A program made the translations under genes and the position numbers. A stretch of 64,000 nt of DNA from Planctomycetota bacterium (lineage in GTDB: Bacteria; Planctomycetota; B15-G4; SIAN01), in NCBI GenBank assembly GCA_031409275.1, contig JANNXA010000007.1:32001-96000 (forward strand), written 5' to 3'. Each line of letters starts with the position of its first letter. Position 1 is the stretch's first letter. Under the pieces are notes generated by a model. The model was not told the DNA's origin, made no database searches, and saw nothing but the letters and a program-made list of their open reading frames with translations. Of the stretch, positions 24,776 through 34,228 are shown piece after piece.

Positions 24776-27046
24776 TCAGCTGCGCGAAACGATGTCGTCG
24801 CCGGCGCCCTTGTCGTCGACCCCGTTGGGACCGAACGACCAGACCGTGTAGTGCTCCGCACCGTCCGTCGAATAGGCGTAAGCACGACCCCAAGGATCGT
24901 TCTTCAGTACGGCGCCGCTCAGGAAGCCTTCCGGGTAGCTCGGCTTGGGCTGCGTGAGTTCGACGAGCGAGGCCGGCGGCTTGCCGTACTCGATCATGTA
25001 GACGGTGATCGCCTGACTGAAGTCGGCGAGATCGATCTTGGCCTGGTCGGACGGCTCGGCAGGACGCGCCGGCTGCTCTGGAGCTGGGATCGCGCGCATC
25101 CCCCCCATCTCGCGCTGCGACGCCATGACGCCCATGCCCGCCGCGATGCCGATGCCGGCGGCCATCGCGCCCATGGTCGTCTCAGGACCGAACGGGCCGC
25201 GACTGACCGCGACCTGGCCGTTGCCGGTCGCATAGGTCATCGAAACCGTCCCGAACAGGTGCTTCGAGATGACCTCGGCGGTGGGCAACAGCGACATGTC
25301 GACAGGCAAGTCGTCCATTCCGCCCTGCGACTGCAGGCCCATCATCACCATCGGCAGCACGCCGAGCATCTGCGTGTAGGTGTTCTCGAAGTTCGCCGCC
25401 GTATCGCCATACGACAGCGAGGTCAGGATTGCGCCCTGCGGCGGCTCGACGAAGCGCTTGGCGAAGTCAGCCTTCGCCGTGATGTTCTCCGCCGGCGGAG
25501 TGCCGCGCGAATCGAGCGCCTTCTTCAACGACTTGGTCGACGTGGCGAACCAGAACTTGCCGTCGTAGATGGAATAGGTCAGCGAGAGGTTGCCGGCCAT
25601 CATCGCGGCAGGCCCAAGCGACATCGGGTCGAGGACCATCAGCTTCGCTTCGCCGTGCATCTGCTCCTTGAAGTTGATCGGGAAGTCCGCGAGCTTGGCA
25701 GGGAGCGCGAAGAGGTAGCGCAACGACTTCTCGAGACCGGCCGCATTCGGCGTCTCGATCCAGAAGATCGTGTCGCCACCGGGGCCGAGCATCGAACCGG
25801 CACCCGGCACGGTCATGCTCATCATTCGGCCGGCAAACGCGCCGATCAGGTCGCGACGGATGTTCCAGTTCGGGTTGCCCTGCTCGTCGGCGCCGGCCAC
25901 CATCGTCTCGGCGTCGCGCATCGCACCGGTGACCTGCTGGTGCATCTCCGGCGAAGCCTGCTTCACGGCGCCCATCGCCATGTCCCACAGGCCGCTCAGG
26001 TCGAAGTGGCTGAGTGAGAAGCTGAGCGCATCCTTGGGAATGAACTTCAGCAAGCCGCGGTCGATCGGCTGCGCGCGCGCCAGCGACGCGAGTCCGGGCG
26101 CGTTGGTGTCGACCTCGCTGTAGGCCGTGCTGACCGCCGTGCCGTCCTTCCAGGTGGAGACGGCGTACATCGGCCCGAACGCACTCGGGTTGAGCGCATC
26201 GAAGATCGCGCCAACCACGGCAGCTTGCGGATTGCCGCTCTCCCCGCCCGCGGCGATGGCCATGTCGATGCCGCTGCGAGCGAGTCCCATCATGCGACCG
26301 ACGTGCATGTAGACGGAGACGTCGCCGTGGCCCGCCGCGCCGGCGCCGGCGACACTGCGACCGAAGTCGGGGCTCGTCAAAAGCGACGGCTGGGTGCCGG
26401 AAACACGGCCCGCCATCTCGCCGATCGTGCGCTCCGACAGCGACATCACGCTGACACCGCCAAGATTGGCGAAGCAGAGCGAGATCGGGGAACCGGTCGC
26501 CTTGAGGCGCTCGATGGCGACCCCATTCACGGTGACGGTGTCGATCGTCGTCTTCTCCGCCCCCTCAGTCCGGGCGAAGGACATCAGCACCTGCTTCAGC
26601 GTTCCGATCAGGTCGGCGCCACCGCGCGGCTCCACGCCCAGCACGATGCCAAGGTCGATCAGCGTGGGGTTCTTGATCGCTTCGACGGGCAGGTGCATGT
26701 GGGTGATGGCAAGAAAGGCGCGGCCGTAGGGGCCAGCCATCAGCTTGTCGATGTCGAGATCGACGTTGGCGAGCGCGGGCTGCTGCTTCGCCATCGCCAT
26801 TCCCATGTCGACCGCCTTGCGCAGTTCGGCCATGGGCTTGTCGAGGAACTCCTTCACCTCTTGCTCGCCCATGAGCTGGCCGAGCGGGGACAGAGCGCCG
26901 GCGGCGCGCATCGCCGCGAGGTCATCCGTGCCGAGGTACATGAGCGTGTCGGGAGGCAGAAGCGCTTCCGGACGCACCGCCGACTGCGCGGCCGCAAGCT
27001 CGGGAAGACCGATCGAGCACGCCAGAACCAGCATCCGACCGAACAT
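24776..27046 (-). CDS. Secreted DUF3352-like protein fused to a C-terminal T2SS GspG-like pseudopilin domain
   Basis: Signal peptide and EALLPPDTLMY start. LLPTAEVISKHLF, a Gly/Ala-rich hydrophobic helix, then YMIEYGKPPASL...DPWGRAYAY...SFGPNG...DDI. Confidence 0.75.
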   Translation of the reverse strand: MFGRMLVLACSIGLPELAAAQSAVRPEALLPPDTLMYLGTDDLAAMRAAGALSPLGQLMGEQEVKEFLDKPMAELRKAVDMGMAMAKQQPALANVDLDIDKLMAGPYGRAFLAITHMHLPVEAIKNPTLIDLGIVLGVEPRGGADLIGTLKQVLMSFARTEGAEKTTIDTVTVNGVAIERLKATGSPISLCFANLGGVSVMSLSERTIGEMAGRVSGTQPSLLTSPDFGRSVAGAGAAGHGDVSVYMHVGRMMGLARSGIDMAIAAGGESGNPQAAVVGAIFDALNPSAFGPMYAVSTWKDGTAVSTAYSEVDTNAPGLASLARAQPIDRGLLKFIPKDALSFSLSHFDLSGLWDMAMGAVKQASPEMHQQVTGAMRDAETMVAGADEQGNPNWNIRRDLIGAFAGRMMSMTVPGAGSMLGPGGDTIFWIETPNAAGLEKSLRYLFALPAKLADFPINFKEQMHGEAKLMVLDPMSLGPAAMMAGNLSLTYSIYDGKFWFATSTKSLKKALDSRGTPPAENITAKADFAKRFVEPPQGAILTSLSYGDTAANFENTYTQMLGVLPMVMMGLQSQGGMDDLPVDMSLLPTAEVISKHLFGTVSMTYATGNGQVAVSRGPFGPETTMGAMAAGIGIAAGMGVMASQREMGGMRAIPAPEQPARPAEPSDQAKIDLADFSQAITVYMIEYGKPPASLVELTQPKPSYPEGFLSGAVLKNDPWGRAYAYSTDGAEHYTVWSFGPNGVDDKGAGDDIVSRS

Positions 27047-27305
27047 GAAGATCTCCTTGCGGTCGATCGATGAACGCGCCCGTGACGGGCGATCCGAAAC
27101 TTGGCGAGTGGCAAAGGCAGTGCCGGACGTCCAACGCTTGCCTCACCGAGGGACGTCGCGTTCGGCGTCGTTCGTCGAGTGCCGAGTTGGCACGGGGGCG
27201 CCCCAAAACGCGGTGCGGGAGAGCCGGCCAAGCAAGGCGCCTCGGGCGACCGATGCCGCACCGAGGCGCCTCCAGCGTAGGCGGGATCGAAGAGGCCGGC
27301 TCGAC

Positions 27306-28739
27306 TCAGCCCTGGATCGCGGCGATGTAGGCGTCGAACTCCTTGTCAGCGTCCTTGCCGAGCAGCGTTTCGAGCTTGAGGAAGTCCTTGAGCAGTCCCT
27401 TGTCCTTCGGCTTCGCCAATCCGGCGCGAACCTTGGCCCACTGCTCGTCGACCTTCTTCGGCTTGTTCTGACCGTCGATCAGGAATCCGATGACGGCACC
27501 GGCCTGGAGGATCGACTGACGCGTGCCCTGGAACGGGTCGAAGTAGCTCTTGAGGTCGATCTTGCCGCCTTCCTTCATCAGCGTGTCGAGCGTCCACTTG
27601 GCGATCGCCTTGTGGTCGGACGCCTTGCCGATCGGATTCCAGTAGCGCTCGCAGTACGCAGCGATGCCGACCGAGAACCACGGCGACGGCGGCTCCGCGA
27701 ACACCATGTTCCGCGTGGCGGCGGCGGCCGCGGCGTAGCGAATGTGGCCCAGCGAGAAGTTGTCGTTCCCCTTCTCGTTTCCGGCCTGCACCTCTTCGTA
27801 GATCGTCACGCCGGCGAAGCGACCGGTGTTCGCGTCCGTGAGGATGAAGGTGCTCCAGTTCGACGACATCGTCGCGTCGAACGCATCCGTCACCTGGCCG
27901 CCGAGCTGCTGATAGTCGGCGATGTCCTTGACCATGATCAGACCGAGCTTCTGGACGTCCGCGGCCTTCGGCAGCGGCAGGCCGACGATCTGATAGGCCT
28001 TCTCGATCGATCGATCCGCGTGCATCAGCGCCTGCTTGGCGAAGGCGTAGGTGCAGGTCGTCGTCAGCGCGGTGTAGTCGCTCTCGAGCACCCATGGATT
28101 CGTGAAGTCAGCGTGGACCTTGTTGGCCTCGGCCTCGTTCAGCCACTTGTCGCCGACACGGAACTCGCCCTTGCGGATGTGCTCGATGTCTTCCTTGGTG
28201 ACCCACAGTCCGTCGAAAAGGACCATCCCCTTCTCGAGGCGCTCCTTCTGCTCCGGCGTCACCCACTGGACGTTGCCGTCGGCCTCGTACTTGACGAGTC
28301 CCTTCTCGAGCTTGTCGTACTCCTCGGCCGGGACCCATTGGTCCTTCCACTTCTTCAGCCCCTTCGCGGCCTTCTCGGCCTCTTCGGCCTTGGCCTTCTC
28401 GCGCTCGATTTCGCGCTTGGTGAGCCACTTCTCGCCGAACTTCTCGTAGCCAAGAAGCGCGCGCGCTTCGGCGTGGTCGGGGTTGATCTTGATCACATCA
28501 CGCAAGAGGCGCTTGCTGTCGGTCTTCAGGTTGTTCTGCTCGGCCCACAGGGCCACCTGGAAGACCGCGGCGGCGTCCTTCTTGTCGATTTCAGCGAGCT
28601 TCTTCTCGAGCTCTGCCTTCGCGTCTTGCACACGAGGCGCCGCGGAAGCGGCCTGCAGCGGCGCGGCAGCCATCCCGTGGACGCCCGCGACACCAACGAT
28701 TCCCGCGAGAAGCCAGCGAGTTGCGACCTTCGTTGCCAT
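27306..28739 (-). CDS. Secreted hypothetical protein with G-x-x-aromatic...W-x-x-x-E repeats and a degenerate peptidase-MA-like region
   Basis: Signal peptide from ATG 28739. ALWAEQNNL...NPDHAEARALLGY; five W-containing repeats; PWFSVGIAAYCE. Confidence 0.8.
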   Translation of the reverse strand: MATKVATRWLLAGIVGVAGVHGMAAAPLQAASAAPRVQDAKAELEKKLAEIDKKDAAAVFQVALWAEQNNLKTDSKRLLRDVIKINPDHAEARALLGYEKFGEKWLTKREIEREKAKAEEAEKAAKGLKKWKDQWVPAEEYDKLEKGLVKYEADGNVQWVTPEQKERLEKGMVLFDGLWVTKEDIEHIRKGEFRVGDKWLNEAEANKVHADFTNPWVLESDYTALTTTCTYAFAKQALMHADRSIEKAYQIVGLPLPKAADVQKLGLIMVKDIADYQQLGGQVTDAFDATMSSNWSTFILTDANTGRFAGVTIYEEVQAGNEKGNDNFSLGHIRYAAAAAATRNMVFAEPPSPWFSVGIAAYCERYWNPIGKASDHKAIAKWTLDTLMKEGGKIDLKSYFDPFQGTRQSILQAGAVIGFLIDGQNKPKKVDEQWAKVRAGLAKPKDKGLLKDFLKLETLLGKDADKEFDAYIAAIQG

Positions 28740-28825
28740 GGAATTGGACCTCTGCCGACAAGTTCTTGAAATCTGCACGTGGGGGCGACGAGCTTTGCGT
28801 CCTTGCACGACTCGCTCAAGGGAGT

Positions 28826-28850
28826 AGTTCCGTCGGGTTCGCACGGAACT
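28826..28850. terminator. Hairpin just downstream of the HNH gene
   Basis: AGTTCCGT-N9-ACGGAACT perfect 8-bp stem; no clear U-tract. Confidence 0.35.
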
Positions 28851-28856
28851 GCGCCA

Positions 28857-29531
28857 CTACCCGCCGGAAGACCGACTCCGCTCGCCCCCTGCCTGCGCGA
28901 ACTTCGAGTCGGTGCGCTGCCCGGCCCGTTGGAAACGGCGCAGGAGCGTCGCGTCACCCGCTTCGACCACCAGCAGGAGGCCCCAGTCGGGTCGCTCCGG
29001 AGCAGAGAGCAGCTTCATTCCAGCTTGTTCCGGCGTTCGGCAGCTCTTCTTCCTATTACAAGGCATGCATGCCAGCACGCAGTTCGCCCAGTCCGTCGCC
29101 CCGCCCTGGCTCCGCGGGACGACGTGATCGATGGTGAGCTGCTCGTTGGACTGGCGGCGGCCGCAGTATTGGCAACGGTGCAAGTCGCGCCGGCTGAGGT
29201 TGCGACGGCTGAAAGGAACGCTGACAGCAGGAAGTCGATCATACGTTGAAAGCAAGATGACTTCCGGAGCGCCTACCTCGAAGACCGGCGTCCGAACCAC
29301 TCGACCGGGGTCGCGCGGGCCCGACCGTAGCCACTGTTCGAAGTCGAAGGTGGTGTAGCTCTCCGGCTCGACGGCCTTGGCTGCGTTCTGGAACAGCATC
29401 ACCAGCGCCCGCCGCACCGTCGTCAGATGGATCGGCACCCACGAACGATTGAGGACGAGCGTTCGCTCGGCCAAGACGGACCGCTGCCGAAGAGGAGCTC
29501 GCTCCATACCAAGCGTCTCGCTCACCGCCAT
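28857..29531 (-). CDS. HNH endonuclease (McrA-like)
   Basis: TLVLNRSW, FSRRNL, RDLHRCQYCG, TIDHVVPRSQGG, NCVLACMPCNRKK. Start is ATG 29531 or 29507. Confidence 0.92.
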   Translation of the reverse strand: MAVSETLGMERAPLRQRSVLAERTLVLNRSWVPIHLTTVRRALVMLFQNAAKAVEPESYTTFDFEQWLRSGPRDPGRVVRTPVFEVGAPEVILLSTYDRLPAVSVPFSRRNLSRRDLHRCQYCGRRQSNEQLTIDHVVPRSQGGATDWANCVLACMPCNRKKSCRTPEQAGMKLLSAPERPDWGLLLVVEAGDATLLRRFQRAGQRTDSKFAQAGGERSRSSGG

Positions 29532-29734
29532 TCCGGGGTCGCCGCGCGGCGGGGGCGCGCCGGCGGGACCGAACCGGTGCGCGATTGTAGCTCGGTGGAA
29601 CGATCCGTTGCGGCGCTCGGACCACCAAGCCGTCGAGTTGGCGCTCCCCCTCCAGCACGGCGGGCTGCTACGATCCCCCGCCTTTCCCCACGCCCGGCGC
29701 GTCCCGCCTGGCACCCGAATGCGAAAACCAAGCG

Positions 29735-30733
29735 ATGGCAGCTGATCGGACTTCCGGCGTCGACTTCACCGGACTCGAAGAGACCTTCGAGTGGCTCAAG
29801 TCGAAGAAGAACCTCTTCGTCGGCGTCGCGCTGATCCTCGCGCTCGTCTGGGCGGCGTCGACCTTCATCGACAACCAGAAGGCCGAGTCGGAGCGCGCGC
29901 CGTGGCAAGTCGCCTTCGGCGGCGCCACCGATCCGTGGCGGGCCACGCCCGACGAGCTCGCGACGATGATCGCGGACCCGAAGGTCAAGGGCACGCCGGC
30001 CGAGGCCTACCTCCTCTACTGGCAGGCTCTGCGCAAGCACGAAGCAGGCGACTCCGCCGGAGCGCTCGAGCTGCTGGCATCCTTCAAGCGCAGCTTCAGC
30101 GGCAACCTGCTCGCGACCGGAAAGCTTCCGGGCGGTGACTTCGAGCTGCGTACCGCCGTCGAGCGGATGGAAGCGCAGATCCAGCAGCACGAGCAGTGGA
30201 AGGCCGCGCATCCGCTGCCAACTGCGAACCCCGCGCCGACCGGCGCTACGGTCACGCTCGTCACTGAGCGCGGCAACATCGTGATCGGCCTGCACGCGAG
30301 CGCCTCGGCGCAGAGCTGCGCCGCGTTCCTGAAGGTCGCGACGGCACTGAAGGATCAGTTCATCGCGAAGACGTCGCCCGACAAGTGGATCGAGCTCGGC
30401 GCCACCGAAGCGGGCACCCCCATCGAGACCAAGGAGTTCACCGAGGGCTTCCCGCCGTTCGAGCAGAACACGCTTTCGCACTTCGCTGGCGCCGTGTCGT
30501 TCCGCCAGCCGCCGTTCACCAAGGGCCCGTTCAACCCCGACGTCCGCATCTCGCTGGCCACCGACCTGAATGAGGATGGTCGCTCGACCGTCTTCGGTCA
30601 GGTGACCGCCGGACTCGATCTGCTGGTCGCGATCGCGGGCGAGGCCCGCAAAGCGGACAACCCGCAGCTGCTCGAGAAGCCGATCAAGATCACGGACGTG
30701 CAGCTGTCGACGGCGGCACCGGCAGGCGGCTGA
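29735..30733 (+). CDS. Membrane-anchored protein with a TPR-like region and a degenerate cyclophilin-type PPIase domain
   Basis: N-terminal TM. VTLVTERGNIVIGL, HFAGAVSF, STVFGQVTAGLDLL, PIKITDV cyclophilin scaffold. Confidence 0.75.
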   Translation: MAADRTSGVDFTGLEETFEWLKSKKNLFVGVALILALVWAASTFIDNQKAESERAPWQVAFGGATDPWRATPDELATMIADPKVKGTPAEAYLLYWQALRKHEAGDSAGALELLASFKRSFSGNLLATGKLPGGDFELRTAVERMEAQIQQHEQWKAAHPLPTANPAPTGATVTLVTERGNIVIGLHASASAQSCAAFLKVATALKDQFIAKTSPDKWIELGATEAGTPIETKEFTEGFPPFEQNTLSHFAGAVSFRQPPFTKGPFNPDVRISLATDLNEDGRSTVFGQVTAGLDLLVAIAGEARKADNPQLLEKPIKITDVQLSTAAPAGG

Positions 30734-31556
30734 GCGCCGCGCGGACGACCGCGATCGCCTCCGCGGCGGCCGCCGCACCGCGGTGGCTGTCGCGCGAGAG
30801 TTCCAGCGCCAACGGCCCGCGGTAGCCGATTCGCTGCAGTTCGGCGAGCCACGGGACCAGCTCGATCTCACCCTGCCCGAGCGGCAGGTGCTCATGCACG
30901 CCGCGTCGCGCATCGTCGAGCTGCACGTTCCTCAACGTCGGCGCGAACTCGGCCAGGTGCGCATGCGCTGCCCCTGGCTCGGTCACCAACAGGTGACCGC
31001 TGTCGATCGTCGTCGCCAGTTCGGCGCGACCCAACCGTCGGCGCAGCTCGCGATAGGCCGCGAGCGAATCGACCAGCATCCCCGGCTCCGGCTCGAAGCA
31101 GACCGTGACGCCGGCCAGAGCGGCATCGTCGAGCACGCGATGCAGCCGCTCGATGAGGCGCGTCCACGCCTGCTCGACGTCACCGTCCTCGGGCGCAGGC
31201 GCCCCGCTCCACAGCGACAGCTCGCGCGCGCCCAACGCGGACGCCAGCCGCAGCGCCTGCCGGTACCACGCCAGTCGTCGTGCCGCCGCGTCGGCATCGG
31301 CCGTCAGCAGATTCGGCCAGTGCTTGCGGCGCGGATCGAGGACGTAGCGTGCCCCGGTCTCGACGACGCAGCGCAGCCGATGGCGCTCGAGCGCAAGCCG
31401 CAGCGCGTCCCACTCACGCTCCCTCGACGTCGCGAGGTCGCAATGGGCGACGTCCGGGGTCAGCGCGACGCCCTCGTATCCGAGGTCGGCCAGCAGCGCG
31501 AGCGCCTCTTCCAGCCGATGGTGCGCGAGCCCGTTCGTGTTGTAGGCGAGCCACAT
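30690..31556 (-). CDS. Sugar phosphate isomerase/epimerase (xylose isomerase-like TIM barrel)
   Basis: YNTNG, VETGARY, FEPEPGM, DSGH, HEHLPLGQGEI, ELSRDSH. Confidence 0.88.
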   Translation of the reverse strand: MWLAYNTNGLAHHRLEEALALLADLGYEGVALTPDVAHCDLATSREREWDALRLALERHRLRCVVETGARYVLDPRRKHWPNLLTADADAAARRLAWYRQALRLASALGARELSLWSGAPAPEDGDVEQAWTRLIERLHRVLDDAALAGVTVCFEPEPGMLVDSLAAYRELRRRLGRAELATTIDSGHLLVTEPGAAHAHLAEFAPTLRNVQLDDARRGVHEHLPLGQGEIELVPWLAELQRIGYRGPLALELSRDSHRGAAAAAEAIAVVRAALSRLPVPPSTAARP

Positions 31557-31587
31557 GGGCGCCCGATCCTATGCCGAGCGCCGCAGT

Positions 31588-33036
31588 TCAGCGCGCCGGC
31601 TGTATGCGCGGCAGCCCTTCGCCCTTCTTGCGCAGCACGGCGAAGTAGCCGCCGTCGCCACCGTCGTCGACCGGCAGCGTCGATTGCTCGGCGAGGAGCT
31701 CGAGGTCGCGGTGCGCCGCCAACAACGCGCGCACCTGCTCCTCGTTCTCCTCAGGCTCGATGCTGCAGGTCGAGTAGACGAGACGGCCGCCCGGAAAGAG
31801 GCGACCGACCGCGGTCTTGAGCAGCTTCTTCTGCAGCTCGGTCAGCTCGGCGAGATGCTCTGCCGTCAGCCGCCCCTTGGCTTCGGGTCGCCGCGCCAGC
31901 ACGCCCGAGTTGCTGCAAGGCGCGTCGAGCAGCACGCCGTCGTACGGCGCCGGCGTCACCGCGCGGATCGAAGCCTCATCGGTGGCGTCGACCGCCATGC
32001 AGCTCACGTTCTTCAATCCCAGCCGCGCCACCGACTCGCGAACCCGCTCCAGCCGCCCCTCGTCACGATCGGCGGCCAGGATGTTGGCCTGGTCGTCGCA
32101 CAGCTCGGCGAGGTGCGTCGTCTTTCCGCCGGGCGCCGCGCACAGGTCGAGCAGCAGCTGACCGGCCTTCGGCTCGAGCTGCGGCGCCACCTTCATCGAC
32201 GTCTCGTCCTGCACCGTGCACCAACCGTCGGCGAACGCGCGCGTCGCCACCAGTTCGGTCGGCGGCGCCAGCACGCGCACGCTCTCCGGCAAGTTGCCTT
32301 CGCCGCACTTCAGCCCCTCGGCGCGCAGCAGCTCGAGCAGCTGCTCGCGAGTTCCTTTGCGCCGGTTCACGCGCACGAACAGCGGCGCCTGCTTCAGGTT
32401 GCGCGTCAGGATCGCGCGCGTCACGTCGGGCCCGTGGCGCGCGAGCCAGCGCGCAACGAGCTCGGCGGGATGGGCGTAGACGTCGGAGAGATGCGCGGCG
32501 AGGTCCCGCTCCGGATCGGCGAAGACCTCCTTCGGGAAGAAGCAGACCTTGCGGCCATCGATCTCGAGGCGCTTGCGCGGCGAGGCGCCGCCGCGGTCCT
32601 TCTCGATCGGCACGCGGCGCACGAGGCGGTCGATCGCGCGCAGGACCGCGTTCACGAACGGCCGCACGCGCCGATCAGGGACCGCGGACACGGTCTCGTG
32701 GATCGACGCGAAGGAGGGCACGCCGTCGAGCCACAGCAGCTGATAGGTGCCAAGCCGCAGCGCCTCGCGAGCGCGCGGCGCAACATCGTTCCACTTCACG
32801 TCCGAGAACGCGACCGCGATGCAGTCGAGCGTCCGTTCGTGACGCAGCACTCCGAAGACGAGCTCGGTCAGGAAGCGACGATCGCGCTTGTTGAGGCCGC
32901 CGCGCGCGGCCGCCTGCACCCGTTCCTGCGCGAACACCCCGGGGCGGTGGTGCACCTCGAAGAGGATCTCGAGCGCCAGCGCGCGCACGTTGCGCTTGGG
33001 CCCGGAAGGCAGCGGCAATTCATCGGTTTCGGCCAT
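31588..33036 (-). CDS. rsmB: 16S rRNA m5C967 methyltransferase (NusB-like plus methyltransferase domains)
   Basis: VNAVLR, VQDE, DLCAAPGGKT, LLDAPCSNSG, YSTCS; directly after fmt. Confidence 0.92.
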   Translation of the reverse strand: MAETDELPLPSGPKRNVRALALEILFEVHHRPGVFAQERVQAAARGGLNKRDRRFLTELVFGVLRHERTLDCIAVAFSDVKWNDVAPRAREALRLGTYQLLWLDGVPSFASIHETVSAVPDRRVRPFVNAVLRAIDRLVRRVPIEKDRGGASPRKRLEIDGRKVCFFPKEVFADPERDLAAHLSDVYAHPAELVARWLARHGPDVTRAILTRNLKQAPLFVRVNRRKGTREQLLELLRAEGLKCGEGNLPESVRVLAPPTELVATRAFADGWCTVQDETSMKVAPQLEPKAGQLLLDLCAAPGGKTTHLAELCDDQANILAADRDEGRLERVRESVARLGLKNVSCMAVDATDEASIRAVTPAPYDGVLLDAPCSNSGVLARRPEAKGRLTAEHLAELTELQKKLLKTAVGRLFPGGRLVYSTCSIEPEENEEQVRALLAAHRDLELLAEQSTLPVDDGGDGGYFAVLRKKGEGLPRIQPAR

Positions 33037-33122
33037 CGCAGCGTTTCGCCTGACCCTATGGATTCGTGATCTCGGCCGCGAGGCGACGCTGGGTCAACTC
33101 GGAGCGCGAGGGAAGACGCGGG

Positions 33123-34064
33123 CTAGTTCAGGCGCGAGCCGACCGGCAGCGGGAAGCCGCGCATGAACTCGGCTGCGGCCAGCGAGCGCTTGCCCGAGCG
33201 CTTCACTTCCTTCACGAGATAGACGCCCGCCTTGGTCGCCACCTCGATACCGGAGGTGAAGGCGACGACCGTGCCCGGCATGGCCGGCGACGGCAAGTCG
33301 AGCACTTCGCCCTTCACCACGATGAGCCGCGTCGAGCTGCGATCGGTCGGGCAGAAGGTGAACGCGCCGGGCCACGGCGTCATGCCGCGGACATGGCGAT
33401 CGATCTCCGCCGCAGTCCGGTCCCAGCGGACGCGCCCCTGATCCTTGTCGATCAGCGGCGCCTTGGTCGCGAGCGAGTCGTCTTGCGCCTTGGGCTTCAG
33501 CTTGCCGGCGATCAGCGCATCGGCGCTGTCGAGGAAGAGGTCGCGCGCGACGCCCGCGAGGCGATCGTGGAGTTCGCCGGCGGTCTCTTCCTTGCCGATC
33601 TTGGTGGACCGCATGGCGAAGATCGGGCCAGCATCCATCTTCGAGGTCATGCCGATCAACGTGACGCCGGTCTCGACGTCGCCCGCGAGGACTGCGGATT
33701 GGATCGGCGACGCGCCGCGGTGGCGCGGCAAGAGCGAACCGTGAAGGTTGAGCGCGTGCAGCTTCGGCGTCTTGAGCAGCGCATCGGAGAGCTTCTGCCC
33801 GTACGCCGCGGTCAGCAGCAGGTCGGGCTTCAGTGCGGCGAGCTTCTCGATCACGTCGGCAGCGTTGACGTCGGGCGGCTGCAGCAGCGGCACGCCGAGC
33901 GTCTCGGCCACGCCGCGCACCATGCTCGGCACCACTTCGAGACCGCGTCCCGCACGCGAGTCGGGTTGCGTCACCACGGCGACGAGATGGAAGCGCGGAT
34001 CCTTGGCGAGCGCTTCGAGCGTCGGCACGGCGAACTTGGACGTCCCGAAGTAGACGACCTTCAT
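33123..34064 (-). CDS. fmt: Methionyl-tRNA formyltransferase
   Basis: MKVVYFGT, VVTQPD, AAYG, NLHGSLLPRHRGASPI, MDAG, PWPGA. Confidence 0.96.
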   Translation of the reverse strand: MKVVYFGTSKFAVPTLEALAKDPRFHLVAVVTQPDSRAGRGLEVVPSMVRGVAETLGVPLLQPPDVNAADVIEKLAALKPDLLLTAAYGQKLSDALLKTPKLHALNLHGSLLPRHRGASPIQSAVLAGDVETGVTLIGMTSKMDAGPIFAMRSTKIGKEETAGELHDRLAGVARDLFLDSADALIAGKLKPKAQDDSLATKAPLIDKDQGRVRWDRTAAEIDRHVRGMTPWPGAFTFCPTDRSSTRLIVVKGEVLDLPSPAMPGTVVAFTSGIEVATKAGVYLVKEVKRSGKRSLAAAEFMRGFPLPVGSRLN

Positions 34065-34228
34065 GGGGAGTGGGCGCTCCGACGGACCGGACACCGAGGC
34101 GAACCGCTAGCTCGGCCGATCCGGGCGATCACGGACCCGCGCGACGCAGCCGGCGCGGGGAACGCGGCAGGTTAGGGGTGGACCGCACTTTGATCAATGC
34201 CGGGGAATGTTGCTCCGGCGGCCGCGCC

